Positions 1-8,267 of a stretch of DNA of 13,701 nucleotides are shown one piece after another. Numbering within the stretch: position 1 is the first letter of the stretch; every line of letters begins with the position of its first letter. The stretch comes from Octopus sinensis (Eukaryota). The DNA lies in contig NW_021826090.1 of NCBI RefSeq assembly GCF_006345805.1, positions 1 through 13,701 on the forward strand, written 5' to 3'. Below the pieces are notes generated by a model. It was not told where the DNA came from. It was given only the letters and a program-made list of their open reading frames with translations, and made no database searches. The position numbers and the translations under genes were made by a program.

Positions 1-83
1 ATCACCATCATTTTTTGGCTCATGTGGTCACACAGGATGTTGGCAGCACTTTGGAGTCAACTGCAGCTTATTAAATTCTACAA

Positions 84-235
84 TTGGCGTTAGGAAAGGC
101 ATCCAGCCGTAGAAACATTGCCAGATCAGACTGGGCCTGGTGCAGACTTCTGGCTTCTCAGACCCCAGTCGAACCGTCCAACCCATGCTAGCATGGAAAG
201 CGGACGCTAAACAATGATGATGATGATGATGATGA
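84..235 (+). mobile_element. RTE-type retroposon 3' end (LINE 3' UTR or RTE-tailed SINE), 5'-truncated, with (TGA)n tail
   Basis: TTGGCGTTAGGAAAGGCATCCAGC...AACCCATGCTAGCATGGAAAGCGGACGCTAAAC followed by (TGA)7. The same tail recurs inverted at 7671-7842, where it is joined to RTE ORF remnants, and at 10916-10959. Confidence 0.75.
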
Positions 236-238
236 ATT

Positions 239-322
239 CCTCGGTGGAATTTGAACTCAAAATGTAAAACTGGACGAAGTGCCACCAAGCCCTTTTCCCT
301 GCGTGTTAGAGATTCTGCCAGC
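239..322 (-). mobile_element. 5' head fragment of the Nin/Deu-domain-type tRNA-derived SINE (family N)
   Basis: CTCGGTGGAATTTGAACTC...GATTCTGCCAGC aligns with 8969-9052 (CTCGGCGGAATTTGAACTC...GTTTCTGCCAGC). B-box GAGTTCAAATTCC on the minus strand. Confidence 0.65.
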
Positions 323-610
323 AGATTCTGCAAATGATACTTGCGTGCAAGGTTTGGTATTACCTCATAACGAACATAAGCACCAAACATGTGCATGGCA
401 TGAGAAGGATGCTGTGAAGCGAGGTCTGCATGCTCTTCTGGATTATGCATTTTGTTAGTGCATATGAAAAATGCAGCATAAATATGCACTGAGAAGTAAA
501 ATCAGCGTTAGCTGCATCAGCCTCAGTGTGCTAGATGCAAGGTTATACTGGTGCAGACTTGTGATGGATATGAAAGAAGACAGATGGGCGAGAAAAAAAA
601 AATCTCAACA

Positions 611-1027
611 GGTATGGGAGAGGCTGTGTGGTAAGTAGCTTGCTTATGAACCACATGGTTCTGGGTTCAGTCCCACTGTGTGGTACTTTGGGCAACTGTC
701 TTCTACTATAGCCTGGGGCCGACCAAAGCCTTGTGAGTGGATTTGGTGGACGGAAACTGAAAGAAGCCCGTCGATATATGTATATATATATGTGTGTATG
801 TATGTGTGTATATGTTTGTGTGTCTGTGTTTGTCCCCCCAACATCGCTTGACAACCAATGCTGGTGTGTTTACATCCCCGTAACTTAGCAGTTCGGCAAA
901 AGAGACCGATAGAATAAGTACTAGGCTTACAAAGAATAAGTCCTAGGGTTGATTTGCTTGACTAAAGGCGGTGCTCCAGCGTAGCCACAGTCAAATGACT
1001 GAAACAAGTAGAAGAGTAGAAGAGATA
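611..1027 (+). mobile_element. Full-length tRNA-derived SINE (family A) with internal (TA)/(TG) microsatellite
   Basis: A-box-like GGCTGTGTGGTAAG and B-box-like GGTTCAGTCCC. Colinear over ~410 bp with 12435-12855 and ends in an AAGAGTAGAAGAG repeat tail. Confidence 0.85.
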
Positions 1028-1040
1028 TAAAACAGATAGA

Positions 1041-1216
1041 GGTGCAGGAGTGGTTGTGTGGTAAGTAGCTTGCTTACAAACCACATTGTCCCGGGTTCAG
1101 TCCCACTGAGCGGCATTTTGGGCAAGTGTTTTTCTACTATAGCCTTGAGCCAACCAAAGCCTTGAGAGTGGATTTGGTAGATGGAAACTGGAAGAAGCCC
1201 ATCGTATATATATATG
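1041..1216 (+). mobile_element. SINE family A, 5' half, ending at the internal (TA)n
   Basis: GGTGCAGGAGTGGTTGTGTGGTAAGTAGCTTGC...GAAGAAGCCCATCGTATATA aligns with 611-785 and 12435-12605. Confidence 0.85.
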
Positions 1217-1239
1217 AACAAAAGATTCAAACACCAAAG

Positions 1240-1823
1240 TGATGCTGAAGGCAATGATGACGACAACGATGATAATGATGACAATGTCGTCAATGATAAT
1301 GATGATGGCAAATGGAATGACGATGATGTCAACAATGATGACATTGATTATGACAGCGACAATGATGATGACAACAATAACGTTGATGATGATGATGATG
1401 ATGATCATAATGATGTCAATGACAATGACGATGCCAAATAAGGTCAATAGTAATGATAATGGTATTGAGGTGGAAGGGGAGAACGATGGTGATGATAAAA
1501 GGAACAATAACAATGATGATAGTGTTCCTCATCTTAACGATGATGATGATAATGATGATGGTGATGATTATGGTGATGACGATGATAACAATGACAACGA
1601 CATCAATGATGACGTTGACGATAACTGCGACAATCTTGAAGTTGATGATGATAATGATGATAACGACAACAATGTCGATGACGACAATGACGACGACGAC
1701 GATGATGATGGTGATAATGATGAGTGATGATGACGATGATGATGGTGATGATGATGATAGTGATGATGACGATGATGATGGTGATAATGATGATGGTGAT
1801 GGTGATAATGATGATGACGATGA

Positions 1824-1860
<37 letters not shown>

Positions 1861-2303
1861 GCGATTTTGATGGTGATGACGACGATAACAATGACAACGA
1901 CATCAATGATGACATTGACGATAACTGCAACAATGTTGAAGATAACGACGACAATGATGATAACGACAACTATGCCAATGACGACGACGACGACGACAAC
2001 GATGATGGTGGTGATGATGACAATGACGATGGTGATGATGATGATAGTGATGATGACGATGATGATAGTGAGGATGATAATGATGATGACGATGATGATG
2101 ATAACGACAATGACGACGGTGATGGTGGTGATGATGATAGTGATGATGACAATGACAATGGTAATGATGATGATAGTGATGATGACGATGATGATAGTGA
2201 GGATGATAGTGATGATGACGATGATCATGGTGATGATGATGATAATGATGATGACGATGACGATGGTGATGATGATGATAGTGATGACGAGGAGGAGGAT
2301 GAA
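1240..2303 (+). repeat. ~1.06-kb compound trinucleotide array (GAT with GAC/AAT/GGT/AGT variants)
   Basis: Directly visible. Includes a pure (GAT)n run at ~1822-1860 and internal higher-order duplications. Confidence 0.95.
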
Positions 2304-3312
2304 TGTGATTGCCGCATATATTACATTAAGAAACATATTTTACAATGAATGGCTTCTCGATACAAATTGCATATTATTTGATAATAAACACAAGAAATAC
2401 AGAGAAAGAAGATAAACCTGTTTAAAAACTGCAAAAATATGGTCTAACGAAGTTTCATTCCAACATTGAGATATTAAATTAGACAGGTAATCAAATTGGT
2501 AATTTAGCCTAATCTGTCTTTACGGAATGTTTCAAATATAAAAGAAAGGAAAATAGAAGGAAAAGAAGAAAAGTCATCATGTTTCAGCCTCTTGTGAATA
2601 GTAATTTTGGTGAAAAGAAGCGTCAGTAAAATGTCTGGTAGTATTTAGTAATGGTTCTTTATGTCCTGAGTTCATATCCTGCCAAGGTCTGATTTTTTTC
2701 TTCGTCTTTTTAAAAGACGGAGTTTGGTAAATAAAGTACCAGTCATGCATCAGGGATGAATAAACAGGAAAGAGATGATTGGGTGCAGCTGTTTGGATGT
2801 GGATGATTTGATCTGGCTGACTGGACATTCATCTTGTTTTGGTGACAGTACTTCTTGGCATGGAGGCAAACACACACATTGATTAAATTGTAAAGAGAAT
2901 TTTTAAGCCCATAAGTTAATATTACATGACACTATACAGGCATGACAACCAATAATTTTAAGGTAAGTTATACACAGCATATGCACTCCTTCAGGTGCAG
3001 AGATTGAGGAAATACCATGTCTCTGCCGTAGTTTATCTGGAGACTCCATGACAAAAGGATGATTTCTCCAGAATCATTGACAGGGTCTTTCCTTACCTTG
3101 AGCTTAGTCTCCACAACAAACTACACTTACTTCCCCAACCTGCAGAAAGAATGAACTATCTTATTGTTGCCACTAAAGGTACACTCTGTGAATGACTTTA
3201 ATCCACTGGCAGCTGACAACTGAGGTATACCTCCTTAAGCTTTGCTGTCTCACATACAAGAGCAAAGTATTTAATCCTTGCCACCCAAATAGACTACAAC
3301 TCATCTGTATTG

Positions 3313-3341
3313 GTCATTAGACTGTGGCCATACTTGGGCAC
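3313..3341 (-). mobile_element. Short decayed 3' fragment of SINE family A
   Basis: GTCATTAGACTGTGGCCATACTTGGGCAC resembles the reverse complement of the family A tail (GTCATTTGACTGCAGCCATGCTGGAGCAC). The match is short. Confidence 0.4.
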
Positions 3342-3465
3342 TTAATGCTGGCCTTTCTCTTAAAAATATCTCTCACTTTGCTCTAGCATTTAATGAGATG
3401 GATGTATCATATGTACCCAGGAAACTTTAAGTCAAGTAGAACTGAGAAAAACTGTTATTTATCAT

Positions 3466-3475
3466 ACACACACAT

Positions 3476-3524
<49 letters not shown>

Positions 3525-3544
3525 CACACACACACATGCACACA
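3466..3544. repeat. (CA)n microsatellite
   Basis: About 39 CA units with a few interruptions. Confidence 0.95.
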
Positions 3545-3604
3545 TCTGACTCTGACACAAGATCACCTCCTGCAATGCCCTCCCTCCTCTCAAAAATTCC
3601 TTGT

Positions 3605-3700
3605 CTTGCAAGTTACTTGGTGACTCTGTCAGTGCTGGTGCCACATAAAAAGCACTCAGCCCACTCTGCAGGGTGGTTGGTGTTAGGAAGGGCATCCAGC
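3605..3700 (+). mobile_element. RTE-type 3' UTR fragment
   Basis: ACATAAAAAGCACTCAG...GTGGTTGGTGTTAGGAAGGGCATCCAGC matches 84-108 and the reverse complement of 7785-7842. Confidence 0.6.
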
Positions 3701-3746
3701 ACCGGAATTGACAGTGCTAAGCCCTGCCCCATATATATATATATAT

Positions 3747-4041
3747 ATCATATCACGTGATCACGTGACTGACCATCAGATGTTGCTACACATCGCTGGT
3801 CACAATGCATTTGCATTGTTTTAACCTTTGAATGACGCCACCCCGCTGGCTAAGCGAGCAGGCAAACAGAAGAAAGAGTGGTGAAAGAGTACAGCAGGGA
3901 TCACCACCCCCTGCCGGAGCCTCGTGGAGCTTTTAGGTGTTTTCGCTCAATAAACACTCACAATGCCTGGTCTGGGAATCGAAACCGCGATCCTATGACC
4001 GTGAGTCCGCTGCCCTAACCACTGGGCCATTGTGCCTCCAC
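3747..4041 (-). mobile_element. Full-length tRNA-derived SINE (family B) inserted in a (TA)n tract
   Basis: The minus strand begins GTGGAGGCACAATGGCCCAGTGGTTAGGGCAGCGGACTC (A-box TGGCCCAGTGG), then GGTTTCGATTCCC (B-box), and ends in a (TCACGTGA)2 tail. (TA)n lies on both sides. Confidence 0.85.
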
Positions 4042-4107
4042 ACGCACATATATATATATATATATCACTGTATGTATAATGTATGTATAATATCAGAGTA
4101 TCAACCA

Positions 4108-4148
4108 GATCATTAGATGCTGTTATACACCACTAGTCACAGTGCATT
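4108..4148 (-). mobile_element. Old 3' fragment of SINE family B
   Basis: GATCATTAGATGCTGTTATACACCACTAGTCACAGTGCATT versus 3771-3811 GACCATCAGATGTTGCTACACATCGCTGGTCACAATGCATT. Confidence 0.5.
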
Positions 4149-4201
4149 TCCAGTTCTGTTTTGATTGCACCATTTTTACCACACACAACACATATGTATA
4201 T

Positions 4202-4349
4202 GATGGTCTCCGATTTATTTTCCATCTATTAGATCCACTGACAAGGCTTGGGGCTATAGCAAGACCCCCACTAACTGCAAAACAGGATTAAACCTGAAAC
4301 CACAAAGTTAAGAAGCAAATGCCTTAACCACACAACTATCCTTGCACCT
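4202..4349 (-). mobile_element. Heavily decayed SINE family A copy (5' half)
   Basis: TTTCCATCTATTAGATCCACTGACAAGGCTT...GGCTATAG...CTTAACCACACAACTATCCTTGCACC is colinear with the reverse complement of 1041-1200, with deletions. Confidence 0.6.
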
Positions 4350-4350
4350 T

Positions 4351-4445
4351 TCATCATCATTGTTCGACTGTGGTCGAGACAATGGAATTTACTATGCCAT
4401 GAGACTTCATGTCCATCATAGCATTACGGAGGTCCTGTTGCTGCC
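4351..4445 (-). mobile_element. 3' end of an RTE-like LINE (second family), 5'-truncated, with (TGA)n tail
   Basis: The minus frame reads QQQDLRNAMMDMKSHGIVNSIVSTTVEQ*, resembling the C-terminal L..AM.DR..W...V motif of RTE ORFs (recalled). The stop codon runs directly into TGATGATGA. Confidence 0.6.
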
Positions 4446-4563
4446 TCCATGGTGGGGTGGGTTGCAGATTGCTTCTACACACCTGGCATAGTTGAACCCT
4501 TACTGAAACCTCATCCATGTGACAGAAAATAGCAACTGCTTCCTCTGGCATAACTCTGATCAC

Positions 4564-5039
4564 AAGTACCAGTTATGCACTGTGGTCGATGTAATCGACC
4601 TAATACCTATGTCTGTCCTTGTTTGTCTCCTCTGTGTTTAGCCCCTTGTGGGTAGTAAAGAAATAGGTATTTCATCTGCCAATACGTTCTGAGTTCAAAT
4701 TCCGCCGAGGTCGACTTTGCCTTTCATCCTTTTGGGGTCGATTAATTAAGTACCAGTTACGCACTGGGGTCGATGTAATCGACTTAATACCTATGTCTGT
4801 CCTTGTTTGTCCCCTCTGTGTTTAGCCCCTTGTGGGTAATAAAGAAATAGGTATTTCATCTGCCAATACGTTCTGAGTTCAAATTCCGCCGAGGTCGACT
4901 TTGCCTTTCATCCTTTCGGGGTCGATTAATTAAGTACCAGTTACGCACTGGGGTCGATGTAATCGACTTAATACCCATGTCTGTCCTTGTTTGTCTCCTC
5001 TGTGTATAGCCCCTTGTGGGTAGTAAAGAAATGGGTATT
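4564..5039 (+). repeat. Tandem array of a 184-bp headless unit of SINE family N (~2.6 copies)
   Basis: AAGTACCAGTT starts at 4564, 4748 and 4932 (period 184) and the units are nearly identical. The unit matches the monomer at 8830-9060 and contains GCCTTTCATCCTTTCGGGGTCGA (Nin/Deu-type core, recalled). Confidence 0.9.
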
Positions 5040-5448
5040 CCAAAAGGCTTAGAAATGTCCCAAGATTCTCAGACTCTCTTACCCTCACCGCAGTCGAATT
5101 ACTCAGCCGTTTATCCATGCTTTGTTGAATTTCTTAACTTTGACATTCAAAATACTGACATTCTGGGCCATGGAGAAACCCACAGAACAGATAAAATCTA
5201 CAATGGAAATAGCCTTAATAAACATTCCATCAAAGGATTTCGATTATTTCCTATCTAGGAATTCATAAATAAATAAATATGTAAGGAGCTATCCATATTG
5301 AACCAATTCTTTTACATTTAGAATACCTGATAAGAATCCTAATAACGATATAACAATATACATATACATCATCCGATATTTCATTAGGTATTTATCTTAT
5401 GTATCGATATCTTTAGTTCGGGTTGATTATTATATGAACAATACACAA

Positions 5449-5598
5449 ATATATGCATGCATGCATGTATGTATGCATATATGTATATATTATATATATG
5501 TGTGTGTGTGTGTGCGTATGTATATTCTTCATTGTAAGGGTTGAGTTTGTTCAGATAGATTTTATATTAATACATATATACATAATATATCTATAATC

Positions 5599-5636
<38 letters not shown>

Positions 5637-5919
5637 ATTTTATATATATATGTAAATGTATATAGTACATATATAATTATATACTATCTGTATATATAAA
5701 TATTGTGAATATTTATATTGTATACATATCTATACACACAGATATGTTTATATATCTCTGTCCTCTATCTATCTATCCACATACTATATAATCTATCAAT
5801 CATCATATATGTATATATATGTATATGTCAATATGTGTGTGTGTGTGTAGTAATATATATATATATGCCTGTATATGTATATTATCAATGGGTTTGTGTG
5901 TGTAGTGTATATATTATAG

Positions 5920-5950
<31 letters not shown>

Positions 5951-6025
5951 TATATACTCACCCACACATACATATATACCACACTACATCATATTACACA
6001 CACATACTATATTTATAGTATATCA
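5449..6025. repeat. Compound (TA)/(TG)/(CA) microsatellite field
   Basis: Directly visible low-complexity dinucleotide tracts. Confidence 0.9.
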
Positions 6026-6504
6026 TAATAAATCATAATCTTTTATATGATGTCTTCACCCCTCCCACTAATGCACCCCCCCACATGTAACAATAAGCCA
6101 GTTCCCTCTCCACCCGTCCCACCATCTTCGCCATCAACATTACCACCACCACCACCACCATTTCTACCTGTTCTTTATTACAGATGACCTCTGTGCTCAA
6201 TGACCATTAAAAAGTGAACATCTAGTTAGCGTTATACTAAAATTATATTAACTTTGATTCAGCTTTTGATGTCTGATGGAATAAATCTGTTTAGTTTCTT
6301 CCCCACCATTTTTTTTTTCTACTTTTCCTCAGCTGACACATTACAGAACACAGAACTAAAATTATTCTTTGGAACCGGTATTCCTACCTTCAGCGTACCA
6401 AATATGTGATTTATAAAGTGTTTGTTTGTTTTCAAGCTCCTTAATAGTCTATTTGCTGTTAGCAGATGTCATGGTAGGATTGTTCTTGTTAAGCTGTTTT
6501 CTAA

Positions 6505-6598
6505 GCAGGCATGGTTGTGTGGTAAGATGCTTGCCTCTCTCAAACACGTCACTTTGGGTTCAGTCCCACTTTGTGGCACCTGGGTGGAAGCATGTCTA
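6505..6598 (+). mobile_element. Decayed SINE family A head
   Basis: GCAGGCATGGTTGTGTGGTAAGATGCTTGC...GGGTTCAGTCCCACTTTGTGGCACC aligns with 12437-12512. Confidence 0.55.
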
Positions 6599-6624
6599 TG
6601 TGAGAAAAAAAAAAAGTTGTTTAG

Positions 6625-6843
6625 CCCTTTAGTATTTAAACTGGCCATATCCGGCCAAAATAGTTAATCTGTTTTATGTTCAAACTGACCAGATCCAGGC
6701 TCTCACACATACCCTACAATGTTATTCTACATTAAGTAATTACACCATCAAGATCTTGAAGATATGAGATAATGCATGATTAATTCAAATCAATGGGAAT
6801 TAATAGGCATTATGTTTGATTGAATAATCTGAACACTAAAGGG
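6625..6843. mobile_element. 219-bp MITE with piggyBac-like termini
   Basis: Left end CCCTTTAGTATTTAAA and reverse complement of right end CCCTTTAGTGTTCAGA match at 13/16. Flanked by identical TTAG at 6621-6624 and 6844-6847. No ORF. Confidence 0.7.
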
Positions 6844-7092
6844 TTAGCAGAGAACTAAAGGGATAAGACATACAACAGATTAATGGTTCCCAACTGGGGT
6901 CCATATGAACTCTGGGAGTCTTTACAAGATTTTATAGGGTCCAGGCAAGTCGAAAGCTTTGCAAACAATTTGCACATGCTAGTGCTACCAGTTGAAAACT
7001 CTGCATACCGGAAGCCAACAAGTGTGTGGGGTCATCGGGAGAGAATGCATGCCATTTCGGGGCCTACCTCTTGACAGCATCAGTGCACACCT

Positions 7093-7413
7093 ATATGAGG
7101 CCCTGCTTGCTAGACCAACTGGTTATCAAATAAAGCTCAATATTCTTCTTATTAAGCCACTGATATGAGGCCCCACTTGCTAGATCAACTCGTTATCAAA
7201 TAAAGCTTAATATTCTTCTTATTAGGCCACTGATATGAGGTCCTGCTTGCTAGATCAACTAGCTGTCAAATAAAGCTGAATATTCTTCTTATGAGGCCCC
7301 ACTTACTAGATTAAGCTGTTTTCAAATAAAGCTCAATATTCTTCTTAGGATACTGATATGAGACCCCACTTGCTAGATCAACTGGTTATCAAATAAAGCT
7401 CAATATTCTTCTT
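7093..7413. repeat. 70-bp minisatellite, ~4.7 copies
   Basis: ATATGAGG at 7093, 7163 and 7233 (period 70), then units of 56 and 67 bp. Consensus CCACTGATATGAGGCCCCACTTGCTAGATCAACTGGTTATCAAATAAAGCTCAATATTCTTCTTATTA(A/G)G. Confidence 0.9.
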
Positions 7414-7842
7414 TCACAGACGATTGCAATGTTTGCATAATTTATATGAGATGCCACCACCTCCAGGGCCACTCTTTGCTCTAGCTTTTCTCACAAATTG
7501 GCTGTCCATAATAGTATTTTAGAGACCATGGAAAACTTGTTTTTGATGCAAAGGGAAAAACTAGGTTTCTTTTGCTAACACTTAAAATAGCTCAACAGAA
7601 TTGGGTGTAAAACTAACTGAGCAGCATCAGCCACAAGGCTTGCATTGAAGGAGCACTAAAGTAGTATCTTCATCATCATCCTCATTATCATTTAACGTCT
7701 ACTTTCCATACTGGCATGGGTTGGATGGTTTGACTGAAACCAGTAAGTTGGAGAGCTGTACCAAGTTCCAGTTTGATTTCTACAGCCGAATGCTCTTCCT
7801 AATGCCAACCACTCCAAGAGAGTAATGGGTGCTTTTTACATG

Positions 7843-8160
7843 AAGGCATGTGGCTTAGTGGTTAGGGAATTTGGCTCACAATTGTAATATCACAAGTTCA
7901 ATTCCTGGCAACGCATTGTGCCCTTGAGCAAGACACTTTATTTCACGTTGCTCCAGTCCACTCAGCTGGCAAAAATCAGTTGTACATGTATTTCAAAGGG
8001 ACGGCCTTGTCACACTCTGTGTCATGCTGAATCTCCCTGAGAACTACGTTAAGGGTATACGTGTCTGTGGAGTGCTCAACCACTTTCACATTAATTTCAC
8101 GAGCGAGCTGTTCCATTGATCGTATCACTGGGACCCTTGTCGGCATAACCGATAGAGTGC
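7843..8160 (+). mobile_element. tRNA-derived SINE (family C), full length, nested in the RTE 3' UTR
   Basis: A-box TGGCTTAGTGG, B-box-like AGTTCAATTCC and central GTGCCCTTGAGCAAGACACTT. Degenerate TSD TTTTACATG (7834-7842) / TTCTACAAG (8161-8169). Confidence 0.8.
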
Positions 8161-8267
8161 TTCTACAAGCCACTAGCATGGGTGCCAGATATGTGATGCT
8201 GGCATTGGCCACAACTATGATTTCACTTGGCTTGACAAGTCCTCTCAAGCACGGTGTATCACCAAAG

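Noticed and set aside
543-1344. ORFs over SINE A copies, including 12280-12519, 12673-12909 and 4930-5118
   Set aside because: Chance frames through non-coding SINE sequence.
1097-2415. Long ORFs of up to 320 aa (poly-Met/Thr, poly-Ile/Val, poly-Ser) as genes
   Set aside because: They are alternative frames of the GAT array, which lacks stops in most frames. There is no domain content.
2577-2828. 83-aa minus-strand ORF in unique sequence
   Set aside because: An in-frame stop lies immediately before the ATG, and there is no recognisable motif or clear splice context.
2940-2968. Plus-strand 23-nt exon candidate (TATACAG|...TTTAAG|GTAAGT)
   Set aside because: The donor is good but there is no polypyrimidine tract, the length is not frame-preserving, and nothing corroborates it.
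3960-4041. tRNA genes at the SINE heads (also 611, 1041, 7845, 9060, 12435)
   Set aside because: A- and B-boxes are present but there is no complete acceptor stem or cloverleaf, and each head continues into a repeated SINE body.
5328-5355. CCTGATAAG...CGATA as a second hammerhead
   Set aside because: Unpaired C3/A8, no GAAA, and no convincing stems I or III.
6380-6460. Minus-strand 61-nt exon candidate (TIKELENKQTLYKSHIWYAE)
   Set aside because: Purine-rich acceptor, weak donor, and it introduces a stop when chained to the other minus-strand candidates.
7093-7413. CRISPR-like array or hammerhead retrozyme (CTGATATGAG resembles CUGAUGAG)
   Set aside because: The units are contiguous with no unique spacers and the context is eukaryotic. 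There is a 2-nt insertion in the core and no GAAA or stems on either strand.
6881-7530. hAT-like element starting ATGGTTCCCAACTGGGGTCC
   Set aside because: The only candidate right end (~7521-7530) matches poorly and no 8-bp TSD was found.
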